Source: Chrysomallon squamiferum
Taxonomy: Eukaryota > Animalia > Mollusca
Length of the DNA: 64,000 bases
Assembly (NCBI GenBank): GCA_012295275.1
Contig: CM022665.1
Coordinates: 43,152,001-43,216,000, forward strand
Direction: 5' to 3'
In this document: one piece after another, positions 1 through 14,878 of the stretch
Numbering within the stretch: the stretch's first letter is position 1
Layout of the letters: each line of letters opens with the position of its first letter
Program-made: the position numbers and the translations under genes
Notes under the pieces: generated by a model
Seen by the model: the letters and a program-made list of their open reading frames with translations, nothing else
What the model was told of the DNA's origin: nothing
Databases searched by the model: none

Positions 1-587
1 GCAATACGTTTATTACATTATTTAAGTGTACAATATAATATTATTTAAGTGTACAATATAATAATACTAAGAAGAAAAAGGAAAAGAAGAAAAGAAGAAG
101 AAGGAAAAAGAATTTTAAAAATGTAAGAAAACTGTTCATGTTTGAAAAATAAATATAAAAAATATATTTAGAAAACCTGTTATCTTTTTTATTAATTTGT
201 CACACATTTTTAAAAATATTGTCAATGTTTTTAATATTCTGATTTCAGAAATTTGGTTGTACACAAATTAATTTCAAACTGTTTAAAAACACAAGCATAT
301 GGAATTTATTTATTTTATATAGTTAATAATAAAAGTAAAATTATAAATGAACAAAAGTTGCCATTATTTATTAAAATTTCTTTATTAAATTTATCATATT
401 CTGAGTAAATAATTATAAAAAATTTTCCATCAATTTTTTAAAAATAAAATGGGAAAAATAAATAATTTAAAAATTTAAAATGCAAAAATGAACTATAAAT
501 TTAAAAAAATTCAATAAAAAAGAAAGAACCAGTATATATCAAAATTAAATTTTCAAAATTTTTTTTTTTTTTTTTTTTAAATTTTAC

Positions 588-3500
588 CTTTGTAAAATCT
601 GCAACAAAAAACTCAACAGAAGATTCCCATCTGGGATTGCGTGTGTTGGGCACATAGGGAGTAGTCAGAACCTGAAATATCAGAAACAGTTTAAATAAAA
701 TACACAAATATGCATACCAAATAATTATTAATTTCAAAGGAAAATATAACATCAGACACTGTAGTTTTCATTTTTACATCATTATAACATTTTATTTTCA
801 AATATATAAGGAAAAAATATTAAAAAAAACAAAACCACACACTTATTATTAAATAACTTTAATAAAATGCACCATTTGATATAAAACTTTCAAATTTCTG
901 AACTTTCAAACTGTATTGTGACACCATAAAGGCAGATCATTCTGCTTCATTAAAGGCAGGCTATTCTGTTTTACTGAAGAGACAAAACAGGAAGCAGACT
1001 TACTCTCCTCCTATCACAGAAGAGCACACAGTAAGGGTCGGAAGCTCCAGTCTTGTCAGCTATTATCACATTTGTTGCTCCATGGATAACAGCGTAAACC
1101 ACCCCAGCTTCTGAAGTAAGAAACAAAAATCTTCTTCAGAGAATGATGAGATTCACAGTTTTTCATGATTTCCACTTAATTGTCAGAAAACTGAATGAAT
1201 TCTCATGTAAATGAAAAGAGACGTATCATTTTAACAATTTATTACTGTATTTAATTTTTACAACTCTATAGATTGTCATCAAAAAAAAAAAAATAATAAT
1301 AATAACAATAATAATAATAATAATAATAATAGTAAATAAAGAAATCAAATCAAATAATGTTTTAATTATTCCGTTCCAATTTTGAGCTCAATTCTGTTTA
1401 ATGACTTTCTGAACATTTAAATAAAAATGAAAAAGCTTAAAGAAAACTAACTTTCGTTAACTTCCACTTTCTTCTGTTTTGCTTCGTAATCGTCGAGGTT
1501 GATGGGTTCCAGGGCTGTGTAGTGCATCTTCATTGTCAGCTTGGAGCCATCTTTGTTCTCTATCTCCTTCTCAGCACTGACCAGTAAAATAGTTTTAATT
1601 GGATATATTAACATTTGATAAAAACTCAAACTAAAAATATTAATTAGCATTGGATAAAACTAAAAACAAAAATAATGGGCTTTTTAAATAATAATAAAAT
1701 AAATAACTGAAATATTTTTAATTAGCAGTATTAATATTTGATAAACACTAAAAACAAAACCAAAAAATAATAAAAACAATAAATAAATGAAATATTTTTA
1801 ATTAGCAGTGTTAACATTTGATAAAACAAATAAAAAAAATATACTTATTTCTTAAAACAATAAAATAAATAAACAAAATATTTTTAATTAGCAGTTTTAA
1901 ATTTGATAAAACTAAAAATAATAAATAAACAAATGAATAAGAAAAATAAATGAAATATTTTGAATTAGCATTATTAACATTTTATCAGACTAAAAAAAAT
2001 TAGCAGTTTTAAATTTGATAAAACTAAAAAAAAAAGTAAAGTAAAAAAATTAAATGAAATATTTTTCATTAACAGTACTAACATTTGATAAAACTTTAAA
2101 AAATAAAACATATAAATGAAATACTTTTAATTAGCAGTATTTGACAAAACTTGAAAAATAAAAAAATCTTACAACTCTCTGACTTGAAAAGGAAAAGACG
2201 AAAGTCGAAACTCTACTTTCTCCAACACAGAACTGATCAGCAGCCTTTTGCATTTGTGTTTCACCTCCAGCTGAACAAAACAACAGTTTAAATCTATTAC
2301 ACAATACATCTAAGTTATAACATTTACTAGGTTATTATAGAATTTGAAAGTTAAAATATTTACTAGGTTATTACACAGTTTGAAAGTTATAACATTTACT
2401 AGATTATTTTACCAGTTTATACAATGTGAAAAAATTACATTTTAACATTTTACAAATGTATTTGAAAGAATTAAAATATAATATGTATTGTGTAGAATTT
2501 TGAAAGTTAAAATATTTATAAGGTTATTACACAATTTTTGAAAATTTATAATATTTAATAGTTTATTTTTTACACAGTCTGAAAAACTAGTTTAACACAA
2601 TTAGGTTATAATATTTACTAGCTTATTATACAATTTGAAAATTATATTTGAAAAAAACCAGTTTTTATACAATGTGAAATAATTACATTATAACAGTTTT
2701 ATTGTATTTAGTAGTTTATATTTATTTGAAAGCTTATAAAATTAAAATATAGTTTATACAGTTTTGTGTTATTATTTTATTTATTATACAGTTTTCAGAG
2801 TTATATTTAGCTGGGGTTTTTCAAAAACCTTGTCATCAGCCAAATTATAAATGAAAAAACTAGTTTATTATACACAATTTGAAGGATATAAGTTATAATA
2901 TTTACTAGTGTATTATACAGTTTGAAAAAACTAGTTTAAAGAGTTATTACATCTTACAGTTTAGTTATTACATTTTATTTTATTTTATATCTTGTCAGCC
3001 AAATTATAAATGAAAAAACTAGTTTATTAGTTTATTAGACAATTTAGAAGGATATAAGTTATGAAAAAATATTTACTATAAGTTTGAAGGATATTAACAT
3101 TTATTATACAGTTTGAAAGAGTTATTACAGTTTGAAGGATATTAACATTTACTAGTGTAGTTTAGTATTTTATTTTATATCTTGTCATCAGACAACTTGT
3201 AAATGAAAAAACTAGTTTATTACACAGTTTGAAGGCTGTAGTGTATTTTACAGTTTACTATTTTTAGATTTTATTATACAGTTGAAAAAGTTAGTGTATT
3301 TTACATTTAGTATTTTATTCTTATACCTTGTCATCAGACAACTTGTAAATGAAAAAACTAGTTTATTAGCCAGTTTGAAGGATATTAACATTTACTAGTG
3401 TATTTTACAGTTTGAAAGCGTTATTACATTTAGTATTTTATTCTTATACCTTGTCATCAGACAACTTGTAAATGAAAAAACTAGTTTATTAGCCAGTTTG

Positions 3501-4841
3501 AAGGATATTAACATTTACTAGTGTATTTTACAGTTTGAAAGCGTTATTACATTTAGTATTTTATTCTTATACCTTGTCATCAGACAACTTGTAAATCAGA
3601 CAGTTTGAAGGATATTAACTTGTGTATTAAATGAAAACGTTTAGTATTTTATTCTTATACCTTGTCATCAGACAACTTGTAAATGAAGAAGGAGCAGACG
3701 TCTTCCCATTCCTCTGTGGCTGGAACCTCGCAGGTCTGACGTTTGAAATCTCCAATCTTCAGAACAGTGTATCGAATATCATCAGGTGCTGATGTGTGAC
3801 ATAATCAAAGATGTTAATTAGTTTATCAAAAAAAAAATATATATATAAAATAAAAGTAAATCTTTGTTGTAGTATCTTGATTAGTTATGTCATGTAAATA
3901 TTACTTTCTATCCGTATTGCAAGTTTGTTTGTTTCTAAAACTACAATGGTAACCATAAAGTGAATGAAGATGTATGTATGTATGTACGCAAGTATATACA
4001 TATTACCTTTAATCAAAAAGACAAAAATAGACAAAAACTGTGACATATATGTAAAATCTCACCTGCATTGTGTACAGGTGTTTCCTTTGAAGATGTGAAT
4101 GGTCAGGACTCACCCCTCAGGTGTTCCTTTCAGGGAATGGTGGGCTGGGTGCTTCTTCTCTGCTCGTCCAATCTGGACTGGACCGGTCTTGGCAAAGTTG
4201 ATGTTCACTGAGGCTGGGTCCACTAGTGCTGCAGAAACGCAGAAAACAATTTTAATTAATTATTTTACCTGGATGTTTCTGATACTGTACAGTATTTTAT
4301 GTTGTTGATCATTTTTGATATTTAATGTATATGAATTATCAATTATTATTGTTGTTATTACTTTTTTGTTGTTATTATTATTATTATTGTTGTTGTAACT
4401 GTCATTATTATTATTACCATTATTATTATTACCATTATTATTATTTTATTAATATTATTATTATTATTATTGTTGTTTTAATTTATTATTACTATTATTG
4501 TTGTTATTGTTGTAATTATTATTACTATTATTGTTGATATTGTTATAATTATTGTTGCTGTTATTATTATTTAACCATTATTAAATATAATATTATTATT
4601 ATTTTTTGTTTACAATTTACCATTATTACCATTATTATTATTATAAATATCCATATTATTATTATTGTTGTTGTTGTTTAACAATTTATTATGAATATTG
4701 TTGTTATTATTATTAATTATTTATTATTATTATTATTATTATTATCTTTATTAATTATTATTGTTGTTGTTGTTATTATTATTGTTATTAACTTTTAATT
4801 ATTATAATTGTTATTTTTATTATTACCATTATTATAACAAC

Positions 4842-4883
<42 letters not shown>

Positions 4884-5236
4884 GTCTACTGCCACAAATA
4901 GATGGCATTAAAATTAAAATTCTAACCTTAGCCCTCTTATAAACTGTAACCCAATGAACAGTCATTAAACAATAAGAATTAACAGGAGAAAAAGATATTT
5001 TTAAAAACCTTTTGTTAGACCATCCATGAAATTTGTGTGTATCCAGCTTTTTAACAAGGGTACTTCCATCATCTGTATGGCTCGTAGAAGACTGATGTTA
5101 AATGTGACATCAGGTCTGAAAAAAATTTTAAATTAATTAAAATTTTACACTTTAGTGACTATTTTTATTTTAAAAAATAATTTAAAAAACAAATTGTTGT
5201 TTTGTAATTATATCTGAAGGTGCACATTTTTTATAA

Positions 5237-5272
<36 letters not shown>

Positions 5273-5410
5273 ATATATAAAATATATATATTTTTTTTTT
5301 TCAGACTAAATATACTTTTTTCATTAAATACTTTATAATTACTATAAAAATTCTGTTTATCATATAATAATTAGCTTTCAATTATATATATATATATTAT
5401 ATATTTTATC

Positions 5411-5441
<31 letters not shown>

Positions 5442-7296
5442 CTTTTTTTTAATAGTTTAAACATTTTACAACCTTTTTCCAAATTCTTCATTTTTCATAA
5501 CATAGTTACATATTTACAATAATTTTTGTCACACATTTTAATACACTGGTAAAGGTGTATATGTCCAAGATCTCTTACTTGTCAGTGAAACAAACAGTGG
5601 CTTTGCGTATGTGTGGAAATGGCACGTCCATTGATAACTGGACAATGGCCTGCAAAGTGCCTGAAATGTTCAGATCTTGTACCACCATGTCAAAACCTAC
5701 GTTCACTCTGAAATACAAAAATAAATAAATAATTTTGTGTGTATATTGTAATTTATAAATGTGATGTTAATACTGTATACCATGTCAAAACCTACGTTCA
5801 CTCTGAAATACAAAAATAAATAAATAATTTTGTGTGTATATTATAATTTATAAATGTGATGTTAATACTGTATACCATGTCAAAACCTACATTCACTCTG
5901 AAATACAAAAATAAATAAATAATTTTGTGCATATATTGTAATTTATAAATGTGATGTTAATACTGTATACCATGGAAATACAAAAATAAAAATTGTGTGT
6001 GTATATTATAATTTATAAATGTGATGTTTGGATTATATACCATGTCAAAACCTACATTCACTCTGAAATACAAAAATAAATAAATAATTTTGTGTGTATA
6101 ATTTATAAATGTGATGTTAATATTGTATACCATGTTAAAACCTACATTCATTCTGAAATACAAAAATAAAAATTTTGTGTGTATATTATAATTTATAAAT
6201 GTGATGTTTGGATTATATACCATGTCAAAACCTACATTCACTCTGAAATACAAAAATAAATAAATAATTTTGTGTGTATAATTTATAAATGTGATGTTAA
6301 TACTGTATACCATGTTAAAACCTACATTCATTCTGAAATACAAAAATAAAAATTTTGTGTGTATATTATAATTTATAAATGTGATGTTTGGATTATATAC
6401 CAAGTCAAAACCTACATTCACTCTGAAATACAAAAATAAATAAATAAATTTGTGTGTTTATTATAATTTATAAATGTGATGTTTAGATTATATACCATGT
6501 CAAAACCTACATTCACTCTGAAATACAAAAAAAAAAAAAAAAATTCGTGTGTATATTGTAATTTATAAATGTGATGTTTAGATTATATACCAAGTCAAAA
6601 CCTACGTTCACTCTGAAATACAAAAATAAATAATTTTATATATTGTAATTTATAAATGTGATGTTTAGATTATATACCAAGTCAAAACCTACATTCACTC
6701 TGAAATACAAAAATAAATACTTTTGTGTGGTATAATTTATAAATGTGATGTTAAGATTATATACCAAGTCAAAACCTACATTCACTCTGAAATACAAAAA
6801 TAAATACTTTTGTGTGTATAATTTATAAATGTGATGTTAAGATTATATACCAAGTCAAAACCTACGTTCACTCTGAAATACAAAAATAAATACTTTTGTG
6901 TGTATAATTTATAAATGTGATGTTTAGATTATAAACACAGTCAAAACCTACATTCACTCTGAAATACAAATAAAAATAAATAATTTTGTGTGTATATTGT
7001 AATTTATAAATGTGATGTTTAGATTATAAACACAGTCAAAACCTACATTCACTCTGAAATACAAATAAAAATAAATAATTTTGTGTGTATATTGTAATTT
7101 ATAAATGTGATGTTTAGATTATAAACACAGTCAAAACCTACATTCACTCTGAAATATAAATAAAAATAAACAATTATTCTATGTGATGTTGTTGTTACTG
7201 TTGTTGTTTTGTTGTTATTATTATTTATTTATTTTTTATTCTCGTTGTTATTGTTGTTTATTGTTTTAGTTTTAATTATTGTATTATTATTATTTA

Positions 7297-7347
<51 letters not shown>

Positions 7348-8874
7348 CTAATAAAATAATAAAAAAACATTATTCTATGCAAAAACTAAATGCATCCAAG
7401 TCTGTGCCTACTTGACATGGCAATATAACACTTTAAAAACAATGTCTTTAAAATTTAAAAATCAATTGTTCGTGGATAACATTTTAAACTTAACGAACCA
7501 CATAAGAAAAACAAATAATCAGCTGTCAAGTTTTGCTTAAGATGTAAGAAAATTACAAAGGTACTGATAGTGATCAGATTCCCAAATTATTATTGATTGT
7601 AAGTTGTGATATGAAACCAGATCCAACGTCAACCTTGTGCAAAATGCAACATGTTGAGAGTCATCATGTCTCAGTGTCTTTCTGGTTTTATAACAACTAA
7701 AATTAACCCTTGTTCTGTCTAATTAAACTTCACAGTTATTCCTAAAATGGTATTAATTATCCCCTATCCCCCAAAACAGAACTAATATTTTCTATGTCCT
7801 AACTGATATGATTTGGGGGTTTCTGTATGGGTGTGTCTACTTCTTACAACATAAGGAGAAGTTTTTTTTATGGTTGTGGGGTATATTTGTTTTCCACAGT
7901 TAATGGTGAAACAAATTTGAGTGGATGTATCCACTTATTACAAGGAAAAGGTTAATTCTCATGTTAATATATTAATTAATATCTGTATTATTACATTTAT
8001 ATTCATTTTAAATCCGTATGTAAAAGATTGTATGTTTGTGTGTGTGTTTGTGTGTGTGTGTGTATGAATGTGTATATATAGGTATGTATGTAAGTGTATG
8101 TGTGTATGCATGTGTTAATTTATTTACCTCTGTCTGCATGTATGTGCATATGTTTGAATGGATGGATACATTTTTAAAGTATGTGTGTATGCATGTGTGT
8201 AAGTGTCTGAGCATGCATGTGTACTTGAACAGATCTGTGGTGTATATATGTATATATGTACGCATGTATATATATAATAACTTATACACAACATTGTCAA
8301 AAATTGGTTAAACTTAAATAATATTACATCATCTATTTTAATATTTAACACATGAGTGTGCATACATTACTGTTAAAATCTGACTGAAAACTGCCACAAA
8401 GAAAATAAATTAACATCAGAATTATCTGTTTTAAAATTAATTAACATACAAAAGAATAACTTAGCAGAAATATAAAACAATAGACATAACATATATAAAC
8501 AAGTAACTGTTAAAAATATTAGTTCAGCACTGTCACAAAGAGAATAAATTAAGATCAGAATTATCTGTTTTAATATTTAATTCACATATGAAAACTTAAC
8601 TCAGCAGAAAAATATAACAATGGATGACACATGTATAAACATGTAGCTATTAAACATATTAGTTCAACACTGTTGCAAACTGGATAAATTATTCTTAAAT
8701 ATCTATTAATATTTTTACAACCTGATAATGTTTCCATTCATCGAGCCAGAGGATGTATTGTCAAAATGTGTTTCATTTAATAAACTGCATTCAGTAAATT
8801 TAAATTGTAGATATAATAGAATGTCTTTGCATATATATATATATATATATATTTTTTATTTTTTCATTTTTACA

Positions 8875-8913
<39 letters not shown>

Positions 8914-10665
8914 ATTAGCTAGAAGATTTTATGTTAGAAAAATCCATCTGCATCCCCACATAAAAAAACTACCAATTTTAGTTTTTAAAAACATTTTTTG
9001 ATCTGAATTGATTTAAGTTTACTGTTAAGGTTGAAAACAATAAACTGTGTATGAACTAACAATGAACTGCCTATAAACTGTTATGAATGATGAACCTTTT
9101 AGAGGTATATTTTCCTTTTATTATGTTTGTTTTTTCTTTCTTAAAACAATAATTTGTGTAAAACTGTGACTCTTAAAGTTCAGTAATGCAACTACTCATG
9201 GCAATTGTCTAGTTGGCACAAAGGTAGCACTTTACATAAAAACTTTTCATTTAGTTAATTAGCTTTATTTAACTTAGTACAATATACAGTCATTACTTGG
9301 AGGTTAGGAATATTTCATATTTGTTTAATTTCCTACTGTTTGATATTATTTTCCAACTCTTTTTCCAAACATTCAGTGGAACTCTTCATACAGAATATCT
9401 GAAGCCTGTTTTTAAAACTATGTAATCAATTATATTATTGTTTAAATATTATTAATTTCAGATAAAAAATATTATTTATTTCTGATTAAAATATATATTT
9501 ATTTGTGATAAATTATTAATTTGAGGTAAAAGATGTTAATTTCAGGTTGAAATTTTATTACTGTGAGATAAAAGTATTATTAATTTCAGGTAAAATATTA
9601 CTAAATTCTGGTGAAAATGTTATTAAATTCAGGTAAAAGGTTTATCATTTTCAGGTAAAAGTATTATTAACTTGAGGTAAAAATAATATTTATTTCAGGT
9701 AAAAATCTACATTAATTTGAGGTAAAAATATTATTAATATGAGAAAAAAATCTATTAATTTTAGGTAAAAATATATTAATTTCAGATTAAAAAACCATTA
9801 ATTTCAGATAAAAATATTAATTTTGGGTAAAATATAATTCATTTCAGGTACAAATCTATTAATTTGAGGTAAAAACATATTAATTTCATGTAATAAAATA
9901 TTAATTTTAGCTAAAAATATTTTTATTTCAGGTAAAAAAATACCATTAAATTGAGGTAGAAATATATTAATTTCAGCTAAAAATATATCAATTTCCTATA
10001 AAAAATTATTAATAAATGATAAAAATATTATTAATTCGTGTAAAAAAAAAACATATTCTGTTTTTACCGTTTATTTCCTACTCTTAATTTGTGATAAAAA
10101 AATGATCAATTCCAAGTAAAAAACAAAAATGCTCTGTTTTTTACTGTTTATTTCCTACTCTTAATTTGTGATAAAAATATTATCAATTCCAAGTAAAAAA
10201 CAAAAATGCTCTGTTTTTACTGTTTATTTCCTACTCTTAATTTGTGATAAAAATATTATCAATTCCAAGTAAAAAACAAAAATGCTCTGTTTTTTACTGT
10301 TTATTTCCTACTCTTAGTTTGTGATAAAAATATTATCAATTCCAAAAAAAAAAAAAATGCTCTGTTTTTACCGTTTGTTTCCCACTCTTCCTCTGAATAT
10401 CATTTTGAAATCCTCGCACAGCATGCTGATGTCCATCTCGACCACGATCTGGTAGGAGGACATGTTGTGGAGTCCTGCTGGAGGGTTGGTGATGCTGAAC
10501 CAGGAACATGGCTTGCGACCACCAGGAACTCCCTCGGCGAACTCGAACACGTGAACGTTGCGAATCTGCGGGGTCTGTTCTCCAACATCAAATGTTTTTA
10601 ATACCAGGCTTTCTGAAAGTACATAGCAATAATGATACAAATGAATGAATGAATGAATAAATCAC

Positions 10666-10723
<58 letters not shown>

Positions 10724-11830
10724 AAACCAGTGTCATTATACAATTGAATATATATTTTTATATATATCAATTTGTGTGTGTGTGTGTGAGTCTCTGAGTA
10801 TGTTTTAATAAATTATCCTCAACCAGGAATTAACTCCCTTTGATTCACTAAAGTTCAGGTTAGATGTACATATATGTATGTGTATATACGTCTGTATCTG
10901 CCTATGTATGTATGTATGTATGTATGTATGTATGTGTTTGTATGTATCTACCTTTCTATTTCTCTACATGTAAATGTATAGGTGTGTGTATATGTATACT
11001 TGTATGTGTGTGTTCATTTGAAACCAATATCATTGTGAATACATGTTAATGATTCTAAATATTCATTCACTATTATGGGGGTGGGGAACTGGTTTTACAA
11101 GTAAAAAATAATTTACTTGTGAATATAAATCATTTAAAATTTTGACATTTAAAATCAGAGGAAATGGACATGTTACCAAAAAATAAACTTTTATTCTACA
11201 AATAACAATATCAGAATACAGTACATTTTTCATTTCACTATAAAGGAACAAATATACAAAGATGTTGTTTGTTTTGGGAGGTTTTTTCTTTCTTGTTTTG
11301 TTTTCTTTTTTTTACTTTGTAGGTGACTTGAAAACTTAATCAAATAATAATGGACTGAAGGCAAATAAAGATACTGAATTTCAGTTAACAACATATATTC
11401 TCTAACTCACTAATTTTGGATAGGTTTTTATAATTATCAAACTTCGCTGGCCCATATCAAATGCTCTACTGCACATCCAGGCAATTATCAGATGAGAGCA
11501 TAAATCTACTTTAATTTAAAATGAACACAAACTTGCACACAGAACAGACAGACAATCAGATGCATGAATAAACACACAAAAATACATGTAGTTAGAAACA
11601 CACAAACACACACACACACAGTCATTCTATATTGACAGCTGCAACATTTACATCACAAACAGTGCAGCATTGTCAAAATTTATTTTCTGATAATAAAATG
11701 TAAAAGAAGAAGACTGTAATTTTGTTGATTATAAGGGGTTGTCATTATTTTTTGTTAAAAACAAATCTGTGTGATTAAAATGTTGTTCTTCTTGATATTC
11801 TCATCTCTAAGAGATTTTATTTTATTTATT

Positions 11831-11861
<31 letters not shown>

Positions 11862-13807
11862 TTTTATTTATTTATTTAAAATTTTATATGCAGTGAATAC
11901 TGAAGAAGAGGTGCATTTTTTCATTATTATTGACAGAAACAATTTTTTTTACTGGATTTTTTTTTATCTTGATTAAATTCACAAACACAAACATTTCTTT
12001 TTAAAATATATTTGTGACAACAGTATTATCGAATTCTCTAAAAATAATGCTTTATGCTTCTGAGCAATCATTTTATCATTTTGGACAACTTCCAATCACT
12101 GAAACAAAAAAATGACAATAAAATAAAACTGTTACAAAGCATTTTAATATTTTTATTTTACCTTTTCGTGATTGGAATCAAACATCATGACATACATGGT
12201 TGACAAAGATAGACTTTAGATCTAACTTGGCTGCCCAGTAAACACTAGCAAAGTCATGATGCAGAAATATGTCTGCAGCCAGTCATTTTTTAACTGTACT
12301 CTCTTGTTGTTAAACCTTGATTATAATTAAGATTGGGTTGGCAAAAACAAATAAAATGATAGCCTGAAAGAAAACAGAATGTATGAAGAGTTCAGTTGCA
12401 GACATTTTTTTTAGATCCATTTTTGCCATTCTTGAGTTTGATGCTCAGTTGCAAAAAAGGCTTACATCCATTTTTCACTGCCTGATGGGTATCAAACACT
12501 CCTTCATGATGACAGATATAATTTTTTTCATTATTACTGATAAAAATGATAGTTTTGGGGTTGTTTTTTTTACCTATATTAAATTCACAAAACCACACAT
12601 TTAAAAAAAATATATACTTGTGATGACTGTATGAAAAAATTCTCTAAATATAAAATCACTTACATCCAGCAGTAAAAGACCACTAAATTTATTATTGAAA
12701 GTGGAAAACGACTTAATAGTTTTCAGATTTTTTTTTGCAGTTTCTTAAAGAGTGATAAATAGACGTTAATCCCTTTTGCGAATAAGTTCTTCATATATAA
12801 ACCTTTTTTTTTTTCACATCACCAAAAATACACTTCAATAAATGATGGAAGAAGAATCTTTTATTCATGTATTTTCCCACATAAAGGAAAGGTTATAACT
12901 GATGTTTGATGAAGTAGAACAGGTAGGAAGGAACCTGGTGAACTCAGTAAACAGAATTGATTTTATAACCAATAATTTATCATTGAACAGAAGACCATTG
13001 TTATAGCAAACCAGTTGAAAACAGTGAGGATTATTTAGTAATGTATATAAAACATACAAACAATATACTGCTCTTCCTTACAAACTGACTAGCAAGGCAA
13101 AACAAAACTTTTAGTTTTCAGTTCTAACAGATTTACAACAACAGTAAAAATAATAATAAATGTAACAATACCAACTAACATGACAACAATTACAGTAACA
13201 ACAACAACAACAAAAACAATAACAATAAAGTAAGCTGCATTATTATTTGGGCAATAATCATAATAAACATAACTGTACAAAAAATATATATATTTAAAAT
13301 AAAAAAAATGATGAAGATAATAATTATTATCACAATATTAATAATAATAGTAATAATAATAATATAATAATAATAACAATAACATTGGTGATAATAACAA
13401 CACTAATTTAACATGATCTTTTTTCCTGAAATTATAAGTAATAAGAAAGGTAGAAAATAAAACAAAAGAACACCTGTGTCAGCTGTGTTACCTGGAAATT
13501 AAACTACGTTAATGCTAGGTTAAGATAATAGCCTATTAACATGACAGTACAGGTAAGGATGAGCTCAGGTGAAGTTAATAAAAGTTTACCTGACAGTATT
13601 ACTGTAATCTTTATTGTTTAGTGGGTGAGATGTAGGTGTAGTGATAAATAAAAGACTGGCATTAACCTTGTCTTAAATTATTATCCACTTATTTACATAC
13701 CTGAGTATGTCACCTCTAGACAAGTGTATTAAATTAGTGTAATATCTAGGTTTATACAACTATAACTGTAATACGGTATGATGTGAATATATATATATAT
13801 ATGCTAA

Positions 13808-13855
<48 letters not shown>

Positions 13856-13951
13856 CATAATAAATGGGATGATAATTTTATTTTTCATCTGCCAGTAGAT
13901 ATGCATGCATGTGAATGTGTGCATGTGCATGTCTTCTTGAATATGGGTGTC

Positions 13952-13989
<38 letters not shown>

Positions 13990-13991
13990 TG

Positions 13992-14051
<60 letters not shown>

Positions 14052-14462
14052 GGATGCATATAGGGATATTTATGTATACAAGTCTATGCATTGGTATGTG
14101 TGTGCGTTTGCAAGTGTGTGTGTGCATTCATCTGCTTGTGCTCATGCATGGGAGGACAGATTTATGTCTTGTCTGCAACTAGATCTGCTGGTTTATGTTT
14201 ATCTCAAAATAGCTGTCAAAAGGAAAAACACTCGAACAACAACACAACAGATTAACCAGTCATCACTTGCAAGTCATCAAAAGAATGCAGCCAGCTGTGA
14301 AATAACACTGTGACAATACCTGTCAGGATCCACAGGGCAGCAGTCTAATTGTCACTGACCATTCTATTACAGGTAACAACAAACCGGACAGGTAAATGGC
14401 TGTTTTTATTTGTCTGTCACCTGAGAAAAGACATACAAGTCCAGCATATTTCCTGCTAGACA

Positions 14463-14495
<33 letters not shown>

Positions 14496-14824
14496 TATCC
14501 TAGATACAAAAGTGAACATACAAGAGTGAGAGAGATCTACTGAATCAAGGGCAGATCTGGGAGTATTTCTAGGAGCATCAAACTGCTGAGGAATCCTTTA
14601 CATGGGATTTTATTAATGAAAACAAAATGTTACAATCCTTTGTATGTTATGCATCTGTGTGTGTGTATGTCTACATGTATAAGTATGTGTGTGTGTGTGT
14701 GTGTGTGTTACATGTTTCTGAATGTTTCTTTCTGTGTATGTGCATGTGTGTATCTGTGTGTGTGTGTGTTATATGTTTCTGAATGTTTCATTCTGTATAT
14801 GTGTATATGTGGGTGTGTGCATGT

Positions 14825-14878
<54 letters not shown>

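Noticed and set aside
5957-6433. 158-aa repetitive ORF
   Set aside because: Read-through of the 180-bp dimer of the acceptor minisatellite; not an independent gene.
8324-8352. 15-nt exact match (ttacatcatctattt) plus extension to the 49-bp DZANK1 repeat unit
   Set aside because: Single short match in very AT-rich DNA; plausible by chance.
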